Shown piece after piece: positions 35,395 through 45,051 of a DNA stretch of 45,237 nt. Origin of the DNA: Candidatus Heimdallarchaeota archaeon (lineage in GTDB: Archaea; Asgardarchaeota; Heimdallarchaeia; Hodarchaeales; Hodarchaeaceae); NCBI GenBank assembly GCA_048881705.1, contig JBHLSH010000023.1:1-45237 (forward strand). The letters are read 5' to 3'. Below the pieces are notes generated by a model, which was given only the letters and a program-made list of their open reading frames with translations, had not been told where the DNA came from and did not search any database. Positions within the stretch are counted from its first letter, which is position 1. Each line of letters begins with the position of its first letter. The translations under genes were made by a program, and so were the position numbers.

Positions 35395-37209
35395 CTATTC
35401 TTCTTGTATTTTACGAAAATCGATTACCTTTCGTTGGGATTGAGTCTCTCTCTCAACCAGCTGGGGTTTTCCGAACCGTGGAAAACGAATTTCGGGTGCC
35501 AAAGGCGTGAAAGACTCGCTTCCATAGATCCGAATTAAAACGACTTGGTCTGTTGACTCCTGAGATAACTTCCAGCTAAGAACCTTATGAGTTCCACTCT
35601 TGGTTAACGAAGGTCTTAGATGAGACGGCTCTACAAGGGCGATCTCATAATCACCTGGAATTCTGTCCTCAATCTGTATTTCATCCGAAATCAGATTGGT
35701 GATTCGATACATCCAGATATATTCGGATTGTCTTGAGTCTACAAAAGGTTGAGATATTTTCTCTACTTTTGTTATCCCCTTCTCGGATTCAATCTCGTGT
35801 ATATACCATCTGGTTATGGGTTTTTCACGAAACAAATATTTTACAGAAAAGGTTTCACCAGGAGGCAATCTGCTAAAAATCCACCTAAATAGGGTGGAAT
35901 CATGAGTAGGAAGTGTAATAGGTTTGATGTTTTGGGCCGATTCCGCCTGAACAACAACCAATTCAGGTGGAATTACATCCTCCACCAAAATTTCCTCGAA
36001 ATAGTTTCCCGTTGTATTAACGAACTCCATGTGGGCTTGTAGATCCTTTTGAACGGAATGATACAAATTCAATACTGATACTTGGTTCTTCTTTCTCAGA
36101 ACAATTGACCTCTCGACCCGTTTTCGTAGTACATATTCAACTCCCAATTTTCTCCCGGGCAAGATCATATCTTTTTTCCAAGTATAGATCAAACCCTCAT
36201 CTGTTCGATGTTTCTTCTCGAGGTCAAAATCCGATTTGATATCTATTACTTGCCACTGAAATGGAATTGTATCAACTACTTCAATGTTGTGTATTTCCTC
36301 GGCATATTCATTTACAATCTCAGTTTTCCCTGAATACTCAAAATTTAAGGTATCAGAATGTTCAAGGTCAGGGATTTCATTTAGAAAACTTTTCAATGAA
36401 TCTTGGTTCTCTAAAGGTGAAACCTCTGTAGTTTCGGTGGTGGTTGTTTCGGAAGGTCTTAATGCTTCCGATTTTTCGTCTTCCGCGGACTTAACTGGGG
36501 ACATGGTGACTTTTGGCTCTAAAATTTTGGTCTCTCCTGAAGCATCCTGCATTACGGCATTGGTTTGGATAGACTCCTGGTGTTGTCGCGTTAATTCCCG
36601 AGTAGTTCGAGAAACGGCAGCCAAGACCGCAAACGATCCTACTCTTGAAGGATCCTCCTGTTCGAGCTGGGGAATAACAAAATTCTGTTTCTTAATCTGA
36701 ATATCTTCTTCATCAAGAATGTCATCCATTTCTATTGTAATCAACTGCTCTTCATCGTCGAGCGGCATGATCACTACTTCTGGTAGTGATTCCTCTTCGA
36801 TAATCCTTTCTTCAGCTATTTTTTCTTTTCTTACGTCCTCGGTTTCTGGTTTCGCCTCCTTTCGACGTTCCAATGAATCAATGGCGATTCTATAGTGGTG
36901 ATTCGCAGAGGAAAAGCCATATTCTCCGCCTTTATTTATGAGGATTTGAGCGGTCTCTATATCACCTGACATCAAGTATCTTAAAATCGCTTTTCCATAA
37001 CAGGTAGCCGCTTGATCATGTTTGTTGATTTCAAGTAAGATGTCTCCTGCTAACGTCAGGAATTGACCAGATTTACGTCTATTTCCTTCTTTATCAAAAC
37101 AATTTGCTGCTTCTTCATAAATACTAGAAGCAATATCCAGCGAATGTTTAGAAGCTGCTTCTGCCTCATTGGCAAGGGCAGAACACTTTTCGGAACCCAT
37201 TTCAGTCAC
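35395..37209 (-). CDS. SNAP-like helical N-terminus, acidic linker and three DUF11-like beta-sandwich repeats
   Basis: SIYEEAANCF..SGQFLTLAGDILL..AATCYGKA; three repeats of N..(I/V).(V/I)(E)D.IP.......W.....PG. Same frame as the downstream ORF. Confidence 0.72.
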   Translation of the reverse strand: MTEMGSEKCSALANEAEAASKHSLDIASSIYEEAANCFDKEGNRRKSGQFLTLAGDILLEINKHDQAATCYGKAILRYLMSGDIETAQILINKGGEYGFSSANHHYRIAIDSLERRKEAKPETEDVRKEKIAEERIIEEESLPEVVIMPLDDEEQLITIEMDDILDEEDIQIKKQNFVIPQLEQEDPSRVGSFAVLAAVSRTTRELTRQHQESIQTNAVMQDASGETKILEPKVTMSPVKSAEDEKSEALRPSETTTTETTEVSPLENQDSLKSFLNEIPDLEHSDTLNFEYSGKTEIVNEYAEEIHNIEVVDTIPFQWQVIDIKSDFDLEKKHRTDEGLIYTWKKDMILPGRKLGVEYVLRKRVERSIVLRKKNQVSVLNLYHSVQKDLQAHMEFVNTTGNYFEEILVEDVIPPELVVVQAESAQNIKPITLPTHDSTLFRWIFSRLPPGETFSVKYLFREKPITRWYIHEIESEKGITKVEKISQPFVDSRQSEYIWMYRITNLISDEIQIEDRIPGDYEIALVEPSHLRPSLTKSGTHKVLSWKLSQESTDQVVLIRIYGSESFTPLAPEIRFPRFGKPQLVERETQSQRKVIDFRKIQEE

Positions 37210-37601
37210 ATTATTCTGTATTTGGAGAAGACGATTATGACTTCTGATACTCGGGGATGATAATCTTCGAGGGGATTTCGGTCATCATAAACGATTTTAT
37301 GGAAATGTCGACTGAAAATAACCCAAGCGACTCTAGTTTGTCCCTCAAGAAATCGTTTAATCTTCTCGAATGCGTCTTTTCCTTGATCCCCAAAATGTGT
37401 GTTGCATAATTCTCGTATGGTATTCAAGGTGGTTTCATTTTTATTCTCGATGTAGCTACCCAAAATTTCTAGAAAATCAGCCTCCTTTGGATTTATTTTC
37501 TTAGTTTTAAGTAACCTTAATACGGTTTCTGGGCTGTTAAGAGCCTCAAGAACGTCCATATAGGAAACATTGATGAAGGGCAGTATCGACTCCTCATCCA
37601 C
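37206..37601 (-). CDS. Hypothetical protein
   Basis: 131 aa; its TGA overlaps the GTG of the next gene (GTGA coupling). Confidence 0.65.
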   Translation of the reverse strand: MDEESILPFINVSYMDVLEALNSPETVLRLLKTKKINPKEADFLEILGSYIENKNETTLNTIRELCNTHFGDQGKDAFEKIKRFLEGQTRVAWVIFSRHFHKIVYDDRNPLEDYHPRVSEVIIVFSKYRIM

Positions 37602-37681
37602 CTAGATTTGGCACATACTTATTATATTATTCACAATCAATGAAGTTAGTCCCCTGAGGCTCAGTCTTATTATTTAGTTCC

Positions 37682-38422
37682 ATGAGTGAGGGAATCTGCA
37701 TACGATTTCCTCAACCAATGATTCGGTGTGATACGTACGTGGCGACTCTCCCTAGATGCTTACAATTATTTAGTACGGTGCTCCACAAAGAGGAACGTCT
37801 CGAAACCATTCTTCCCAAAGGATTTAAACGGGCCGCAGTACTCATCCCTTTGTTTTTCAGAAACAAAGAGTGGTTCCTTCTATTTACGCGTAGAACAAAG
37901 CATGTACGGAATCATCCTGGTCAAATTTCCTTTCCGGGAGGTAGACTAGATGAATCGGATGAAAATGTTGTCCATACGGCTCTTAGAGAAACATATGAGG
38001 AAATTGGCATAAATCATGTAAACACTATTGGCTGTATTAATGATATTTTGACGATCAGCCAGTATATAGTCACTCCAGTTGTTGGGATTATACGCGACGA
38101 GGATGTAGGGGCCCAGAATATCAATCACAATGAAATCGAATATACATTGGAAGTTCCCATTTCCCATCTAGCAAATCCAGATCACTTTATATTAAAAACT
38201 CGAGAATGGCAAGGTAACAAATTTCTCGTTCCCTTTTTTAGCTATCGGGAAGAAGAAATTTGGGGTGCTACCGGACGGATATTGGTTGATCTTCTGAATC
38301 GGTTCTTTCTTTTGGATAAAAGTTGTCAGTTGGAGATGTTTGGTCTATTCCGTTGGCTACCAGTTGAGCTGGCTGACCAAGATCTGGAAACATTAAGAAA
38401 ACGTGGTATTATAGAATTCTAA
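37682..38422 (+). CDS. Nudix hydrolase, CoA pyrophosphatase (NudL/Pcd1/NUDT7-like)
   Basis: AAVLIPL, LLFTRRTKHVRNHPGQISFPGG, ALRETYEEIG, IWGATGRIL. Confidence 0.92.
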   Translation: MSEGICIRFPQPMIRCDTYVATLPRCLQLFSTVLHKEERLETILPKGFKRAAVLIPLFFRNKEWFLLFTRRTKHVRNHPGQISFPGGRLDESDENVVHTALRETYEEIGINHVNTIGCINDILTISQYIVTPVVGIIRDEDVGAQNINHNEIEYTLEVPISHLANPDHFILKTREWQGNKFLVPFFSYREEEIWGATGRILVDLLNRFFLLDKSCQLEMFGLFRWLPVELADQDLETLRKRGIIEF

Positions 38423-38544
38423 AGCGAAGATGGTAGGTTTCCGGATCCATAAAGACATCCAAGGCATTTTGGATTCAGGAATTACGAATAAAACAGGTGG
38501 AGGATATCCCTCGATTCTAGAGAACTCCTCCCAGGAAAAGCCGT

Positions 38545-39192
38545 TTAGCTAAACAAGGGGACCTCGATCTTCCATTTTGATGGAAGGATAATCCCCAATA
38601 CAAAAAATATCCCTACCAGTACCAACAAAACCGGGAGAACAGCGAAAATTTGCTCTTGAGTTAGTATAGGGCTGCCAAGTTTGAGAAATGCTAATAATAC
38701 TCCTCCTGTACTTATTAGAAGGCCTCCTATTCCGAAGAATATACTCGTGACCTCTGTCTCCTTTTGCCAGGCTGTTAAAACGGGAATTACGACAATTAAT
38801 AGCCCACTAGGGATGTGAATGGCCATTAGTACAGGAGTAGAGAAATCTGAAAATTCAGGGAAGATACGAACAATCGCTAGCAACCCAACCACCACCACGG
38901 TATATATAGTGTAAAATAGCCCGTAAGATTTATCTGGCCAAACAGCAAAGAGCAGACCAATCGCCAAAGTACCAGGTATTAGCGCTGCCACCACAGGTAC
39001 CAATGGTTCGGTCAGTATAGCGAAATCGAAGATAATAATGAGAAGTCCGGATGCGAATAAAACTATAAATCCTACACTCCAGGCCAAATGAGCTAAATTT
39101 TTGCTGGAGATGTATTCCTTGATGAGAAGAAGTCCCATGACCAGGGCAACTATTCCCGTTACTAGAAGCAAGACAATACTCATGATATCCAT
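38545..39192 (-). CDS. Hypothetical ~7-TM membrane protein
   Basis: 215 aa, almost entirely hydrophobic segments. Confidence 0.75.
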   Translation of the reverse strand: MDIMSIVLLLVTGIVALVMGLLLIKEYISSKNLAHLAWSVGFIVLFASGLLIIIFDFAILTEPLVPVVAALIPGTLAIGLLFAVWPDKSYGLFYTIYTVVVVGLLAIVRIFPEFSDFSTPVLMAIHIPSGLLIVVIPVLTAWQKETEVTSIFFGIGGLLISTGGVLLAFLKLGSPILTQEQIFAVLPVLLVLVGIFFVLGIILPSKWKIEVPLFS

Positions 39193-39379
39193 AATCAGTT
39201 CACCCTAAATTAGCGGGAACAAGTCTATGAACCAATCATAAAAGATCTTGGTGAGAAAAAAATAACCCAGTTATATTGGAATTACTATTTTCAGAGTTCA
39301 TCGTGGTCTGAATTTGGCGGAACAGAGGAGCTGCCTTAATGCACAAGAGAAAGATTGTGGAATTTAGCTGCTCCTGGAG

Positions 39380-40693
39380 CTAGTCTTTGAGTTTCTCATA
39401 TATTTCTCTGACGTTGTCGAATGTGACCTTAATATTCTGTTTTGTTACTTCCTCTACGATCCTATCTAGAATATTACCCTCAGCTCCCATACTTGCAGCC
39501 AGATTTCTAGCATGTAGGCGCATGTGGCCTGCCTGTATTCCAACTGTGGCCAAAGCACGAAGGGCACCAAAATTCTGGGCTAATCCTACCGAGGCCATGG
39601 TTTCAGCAAGCTTTTGAGCACCTCCAGGAACACTTAATCCCATGATTTTGAAGGATATCTGTGCTAAGGGGTGTATACTGGCAATACCTCCCACCACACC
39701 AACCGCAAGAGGGAGTTCAATGGTTCCCACCAAATCTCCGTTTGAGTCTTTTTCCCAGGTTGTGAGAGACGAATACTTTCCAGGAACCTTTATTGCTGCA
39801 TAGGTGTGTGCGCCAGCTTCAATCGCTCGCCAATCCTGGGCCGTTGCAAGAGCAACCGCGTCAATACCATTCATTATCCCCTTATTATGAGTACTACATC
39901 TGTAAGGATCCGCATCTGCAAAGGCGTACGCGTTTAAAATTCCTTCGACAACTTCCTCGCCAGAGAGAGATGCAGTTGCCAACTCACTTGCCTTGAATCG
40001 CGCGGTTGCACGTACTAGTCGCTTATCTGCCAAATTGGAAATAATTCGGAGTAACTGCTTTCCACCTGCAATATTGGCAAGCAAGGGAGCAACAGCTTCA
40101 TTCATTGTGTTAACAGCATTTGCCCCCATCGCATCCCGGACGTCTACAAGAAGTTCTGTTATAACCATTGGCCCCTGAAGGGTATCTTCTAAAACCTTAA
40201 CCCTCACATCTCGACACCCACCTCCGAATTTTACCAGCATTGGGTCCTGTTGATTGGCCAGTTCAATGATTTTTTGTTTGTTTTCCAAGATTTTTGTTTT
40301 TGCTGCAAAGGGATCAGTTACCTCAACCAATTGTATTTGTCCGATCATTATAGGATCTGTAGCGCTGGTCGAAAACCCCCCACTTGCTCGAGCAACTTTA
40401 GCTGAATTAGCAGCCGCTGCAACCACCGAGGCTTCTTCCACTGCCATTGGTACCAGTACATCCTCTCCATTTATCCTGAAATTGGGAGCAATACCCAGCG
40501 GAACCTGCATCACTGTGATCGGGTTTTCGATGTAATATCCTTTGCCTGCTTTATCTAAGGTCGCAGTGGACAGTGCTAGATACTCGATCTCATCTTTCGT
40601 TAAGTTACACAAACCTTGGATTTTTGCCTGACGCTCTTCAATGGTCAGCTTGAAAAATCCAGAGAGTCTCGAACTTATCTTCTGTTTACTCAT
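39380..40693 (-). CDS. mvaA: Hydroxymethylglutaryl-CoA reductase, class II
   Basis: SGFFKL, IENPI, VPMAVEEASVVAAA, MIGQIQL, DAMGAN, THNKGIMNGIDAV, QDWRAIEAGAH, GIQAGHMRLHARN. Confidence 0.95.
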   Translation of the reverse strand: MSKQKISSRLSGFFKLTIEERQAKIQGLCNLTKDEIEYLALSTATLDKAGKGYYIENPITVMQVPLGIAPNFRINGEDVLVPMAVEEASVVAAAANSAKVARASGGFSTSATDPIMIGQIQLVEVTDPFAAKTKILENKQKIIELANQQDPMLVKFGGGCRDVRVKVLEDTLQGPMVITELLVDVRDAMGANAVNTMNEAVAPLLANIAGGKQLLRIISNLADKRLVRATARFKASELATASLSGEEVVEGILNAYAFADADPYRCSTHNKGIMNGIDAVALATAQDWRAIEAGAHTYAAIKVPGKYSSLTTWEKDSNGDLVGTIELPLAVGVVGGIASIHPLAQISFKIMGLSVPGGAQKLAETMASVGLAQNFGALRALATVGIQAGHMRLHARNLAASMGAEGNILDRIVEEVTKQNIKVTFDNVREIYEKLKD

Positions 40694-40896
40694 AAAAGAA
40701 ACCTCAGCATCTCCGTAAATTGTATGTTCAAAGAGTATTTGGATTAATCTCGAATTATCCTCGGTAATTTTGAAGATTTCGGCCGAGAGTTACCTTTCCG
40801 GGCATTCATAAGGAGAACTTCGGCCAATTTTCCCTACCTGACAAACAAATCTATTAGAAAGATCTGCTACCAGATTTTTGTCAATGTACAATCCGA

Positions 40897-41784
40897 CTAT
40901 TTTAAATTTACCCCGATAAATGTCTGGGGAGGGCATGTGAGATATATAGAGTTCCCCTTTGGTATGGGAATATATAGATCGTCAAGCTCATAGACTGGAC
41001 GAGATCTAGGGGTTACATATATAACAAGGAAGGGATCCTCAGTTGCTTTTACCTTAATTGTTGTTGCATCTCCAGCTAAAGAGAAAAATTCAATTTTTCC
41101 ACTTTCTGATGCAGTAGATACCAATAGTGTTGTAAAGATTACATCCTGGTTTTTGGCAGGGAAAATGATCTGGGCATCATCCCTTGTTAGCTCAGATTTC
41201 TGGTCAAGTGAATAATAAAAACCGCTAGAATTATCTGAAGTCGGAATATAAGGTACCGGTCTGGCTGTTGGCGAAGAAGGAAGGCTTGGTTTCTGAAAAG
41301 AGGGAGGCGCCTGTACGGTCGAAGATTGTGTTCTCAAGGCAGCCAGAGTCTTTGCCTTTGTTACTTTTGATTTCTTTTTCTTTCGTTCTTTCTTAGATGG
41401 TTGTAAATCATCAGAAGTGGGCGTTGGAAGGTCTGCAGCCCCAACAGGCGGGGATACTTCCAATAGCGGACCTGGATTCGTACCCTCTGAGCCAATCCTC
41501 ATAATTAGCTCATTAAATGCTTTGGTTTCATTACCTTCGTCAACTGTACTGACTCTAAAGGTCATTCCCTTTTCGAGGCGCATTTGACGAGCGATTTGGC
41601 TCGAAATAAACCTCTTTCTAACGGGCGCCTCTGATCCCGTCCAGATAAAAATCTGCCGCTCCTCGTCATCCAAGAAAATGAGTACTTCGGATTCGATCAT
41701 ATCTTTTTCAGGATTAAACTTTATGGGGACGTATTCCCCATCAAGAGAGGGAGAGTAAACGAACAAACGTTGCGTAGACATCAT
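40897..41784 (-). CDS. Single gelsolin-domain protein with a Pro/Lys-rich linker and an unknown C-terminal domain
   Basis: ESEVLIFLDD..QIFIWTGSEA....R......A..M.......RVSTVDEGNETKAF is the gelsolin repeat pattern. Confidence 0.85.
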   Translation of the reverse strand: MMSTQRLFVYSPSLDGEYVPIKFNPEKDMIESEVLIFLDDEERQIFIWTGSEAPVRKRFISSQIARQMRLEKGMTFRVSTVDEGNETKAFNELIMRIGSEGTNPGPLLEVSPPVGAADLPTPTSDDLQPSKKERKKKKSKVTKAKTLAALRTQSSTVQAPPSFQKPSLPSSPTARPVPYIPTSDNSSGFYYSLDQKSELTRDDAQIIFPAKNQDVIFTTLLVSTASESGKIEFFSLAGDATTIKVKATEDPFLVIYVTPRSRPVYELDDLYIPIPKGNSIYLTCPPQTFIGVNLK

Positions 41785-42209
41785 CTTACCTTCATTTGAC
41801 TAGATATTGATAATATACTCTGTCGAAAAATTGTGAATCAGTGATTTCTAGATATTTTATCCAAACCTTTATCCTCCTATAAATAATCCTTTTCATATTT
41901 GGAGGAAAAGTTTTAGTACCGCTGAAAATGAGAACCGTCTCAACACAGGGCTCCTAATCTATTGGACTAATTGAGAACTGAATTTAAAGAAAATCATAAA
42001 ACAAACGGTGATCCTCCTGCGGAGGTACCAAAGTGGTTATGGGGCTGCCTGCAAAGCAGTTTTAACGCGTGTTCAAATCACGCCCTCCGCTTTCTTACTT
42101 CCCAGACTACTGTGTCAGTCCTTTTAAAAAAAAACCTTCCTATATTCCCAAAGGCGCCTGGGTGAATTGTTGAAGGTGAGAAGACGAATTTCCTTGGAGC
42201 TCATAGCAA

Positions 42210-44030
42210 ATGTCAGCTAATTCTCAGTCTGTATTTGATATTGTTGTAATAGATACCAATTTTTTCATCTCATTATTAAATGCGGGTGTCATCAACTCGC
42301 TTTTACCGAAGTTACAGGAGATCGCACGATCTGTTGGGATGGAAATTATGGTCCCGGCAGAAATCCCCAAATCTGATATTCCAGGGAAATTTCGGGAACT
42401 TCGAGCCAGTATACCAAGGCACATAAGACTTGAACCAGTTAACAGAAAATCTAAACTCTGGACCCAAGTTGCTGCCTACGCTCAGAAAGAGCATATGGTA
42501 AGGGCTGACAAAGATCCAGCAGATATAGATGTAGTAATCCTTGCAAAAAAATTCACATTAAAAGACAACAATAAAGTTGCCTGTGTTTCCGATGATGAGG
42601 GTGTAGCCCGAATTATTAAAGAAAATGCCATCTTTCGGGGAATTGACCATCTTTCATGCGGATCTTTTGTCTCGGTTCTATCAGCCTCGGTTAAAAACCC
42701 ACAAATGCGTCAAGTACTTGATAAAACTGTTGAAAGGGTATTTCACGCATCTTGGAGTTATAAAAAGCGAACCAGGAGATATATTGATGTAGCCATGTTA
42801 ATTAAGGATCTGGGCGACACGGCCCGGTTCGTTAGAACCGCCGCTCAATTTAGTTCTGGTGGCAAGGGGGAAAAAGGAGACATTCTGGTGACCGAAACTC
42901 CTCCCATCAAGAGCGAAGTAGAGATCCTCACTCCTGAGGATGCATTGCTAGTAGCACAACAGCTTGTTATAAAAGCAAGAGACGCACGCGAAAGCTTTAA
43001 CATCCAAAATGCAGAAAACATAATAACAGAAATCCTGGCAACAAGTTCGCAGCTAATTTACCAGATCGGAAGTCTTGAACAACGCGTCATCGTTGAGAGG
43101 ATGCTGCGCTCAGAACTATTTGAACACCACTCCTGGCTACTAGACTATAAGTTAGCTCGAAATCAGGTCACTGAAGCCCTCGTTCATGCCGAAGCATGTA
43201 GAGTATTTATGAACTTTATCTCGGTTGGCAAAGAAGCCATCGAAAACGTTATTTCGTTACAAGGACTTCTCTATTTATTGTTAGGTGAATATGAACAGGC
43301 TCTATCACTTTTCAAGAGCATTCCGGTGATGGATCCTGAATTATCATCTCCCCAACTTCTTGGACTTGCTGTTTCACTTGTTGCGATAGGACAAGAGAAT
43401 AATGCAGCAGTTCTAGTAAAAAGATATCCAGATCTGATTGAAGGGGTACTTTCTTCCATCCATAGTTATGCTGTGGATCTATATACGCACGGTCAGAGGG
43501 AGTTGGCGATCCAAATTCTCAAATTCGTTGTGAAAAACTTCGTGGAGACGGAAGAAGGTCCGAGATCACTCTATCGGCTGTTTGTGTTTTCGAGACTCAG
43601 ACCAGATCTAGTTGAACTCGATCTGAAGGTTCTAAATCTCTTTAAAACCAAATTAAAAGACGGAGTGAAAGATGATTCAAAACTAGGGATCCCTTCCCGT
43701 CTTCTCAAGCAGATTCCCATCGAGATTGATTCACATAGTGACGAAGAGGAGCCAGCCAGGCAGTTCAAAGGTTTTTATCATGTTTTGGATCTTATAGATT
43801 CACCCGAAAGAGATGAAATCCATCTGATAGCTTGGAATGAAGGAAACAATTCAACTTGGAACCTCGTTTTTGACAGTGGATTTAAACCTGTTCTCGAAGA
43901 TAGCGTCAAGCTAATGATTACCTCAGGTACCATAGTCAAAATTCGTCCTAGACGGAAACGAGATCCTTATCGCGGTACCCTCGTTTTCGAAAATCCTGTT
44001 ATCCAACCTGAGCTGGTAAAACCGTGGTAG
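42210..44030 (+). CDS. PIN-domain protein with TPR-like and C-terminal beta regions
   Basis: VVIDTNFF, PAEI, DPADIDVVILA and CVSDD acidic PIN sites; central ALVHAEAC..GEYEQALSLF helices. Confidence 0.7.
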   Translation: MSANSQSVFDIVVIDTNFFISLLNAGVINSLLPKLQEIARSVGMEIMVPAEIPKSDIPGKFRELRASIPRHIRLEPVNRKSKLWTQVAAYAQKEHMVRADKDPADIDVVILAKKFTLKDNNKVACVSDDEGVARIIKENAIFRGIDHLSCGSFVSVLSASVKNPQMRQVLDKTVERVFHASWSYKKRTRRYIDVAMLIKDLGDTARFVRTAAQFSSGGKGEKGDILVTETPPIKSEVEILTPEDALLVAQQLVIKARDARESFNIQNAENIITEILATSSQLIYQIGSLEQRVIVERMLRSELFEHHSWLLDYKLARNQVTEALVHAEACRVFMNFISVGKEAIENVISLQGLLYLLLGEYEQALSLFKSIPVMDPELSSPQLLGLAVSLVAIGQENNAAVLVKRYPDLIEGVLSSIHSYAVDLYTHGQRELAIQILKFVVKNFVETEEGPRSLYRLFVFSRLRPDLVELDLKVLNLFKTKLKDGVKDDSKLGIPSRLLKQIPIEIDSHSDEEEPARQFKGFYHVLDLIDSPERDEIHLIAWNEGNNSTWNLVFDSGFKPVLEDSVKLMITSGTIVKIRPRRKRDPYRGTLVFENPVIQPELVKPW

Positions 44031-44055
44031 TCTGCCCCTTGATGACTCTGGGAAA

Positions 44056-45051
44056 TTAAACAACGGAGTATTCAGCGCCTAGCCACGCTTCCCTCAGGTC
44101 ACCAATGTGTGAAACAACACCATAATTCTCCTCAACGAACCTAGGTATATGATCTATAATTGGGGAGGGGATTTTGAATTTGTCTAACACCAATAACGTG
44201 ACATATTCCGGGGAAATTATCTCGAAATACTTATTCCAGACAGCCAGATTGGAACCAACAATGGAAGAAACTTCCTTGGGATTACGTTCTGTGATTGGCA
44301 TATCCCAGGTTGGATCGTGAGCGAAAAGAAGGCCAGAAAGGCAAACTTTTGAAAATGAGCCTGCCACGATTACATCTTTGGATTGCGTGTTAAATATTCG
44401 GGCAATTGTAGTGGAACCGATTTTATTTAAGATATTACCATTATGAGTATGAATTGTGTCACAACCCAAAACAGCGGTTGTAACCTTTTGAGAGAATTCA
44501 TTGACTGCGAAATCAATGCCCAATTTCACGTTAAACCCTGCGTTAGCTAAGGTCCTAGCGGTCCTCTCACCTTCTTTTAAAGGTCGTGATTCCAATACAT
44601 AGATGTCTTTATCATGATCTTCTGAACTAGCAAGTTGGAGTAGAGCTCTAATAACCGTTGATGAGTAAGAAAACGTGAGTAGTTTGTCGATGGGTTTCAG
44701 AATTTTGGCCAATGTGTTAATAGTCCTCTTCTCTGCTTGCCTTAAATGGTCGATGTGGGTATTAAAGACCATTTCAACAACCCCTCTACGGTTACCATTC
44801 TCGTTAGCACGAAGAATTTCTGCCAACCGCAGATAAACAGGAAAAAGGGCATTTTCAATCGTGGCCATTGGATGTGTGTTTAGTAACATCTGAATGGCAG
44901 TTTTCAATAAACTCGGATTTAAAGACAGTACTGGGTTTCGAACACACTCCCGTTTCAAAGCCTGCAAGCAATCTTCTGCGATCTTTGCGGCACCACTTGC
45001 GGTGTCACGTCGAATTTTATCCACATCTTTTACAAAGCCGTTCGAGAGCAT
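44056..45051 (-). CDS. eIF-2B alpha/beta/delta-like protein (aIF-2B / R15P isomerase superfamily)
   Basis: SGAAKIA, THPMATIENA, LTFSYSSTV, VLESRP..EG, LGCDTI, ILNKIGS, RNPKEV, NKYFEII. Confidence 0.88.
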   Translation of the reverse strand: MLSNGFVKDVDKIRRDTASGAAKIAEDCLQALKRECVRNPVLSLNPSLLKTAIQMLLNTHPMATIENALFPVYLRLAEILRANENGNRRGVVEMVFNTHIDHLRQAEKRTINTLAKILKPIDKLLTFSYSSTVIRALLQLASSEDHDKDIYVLESRPLKEGERTARTLANAGFNVKLGIDFAVNEFSQKVTTAVLGCDTIHTHNGNILNKIGSTTIARIFNTQSKDVIVAGSFSKVCLSGLLFAHDPTWDMPITERNPKEVSSIVGSNLAVWNKYFEIISPEYVTLLVLDKFKIPSPIIDHIPRFVEENYGVVSHIGDLREAWLGAEYSVV

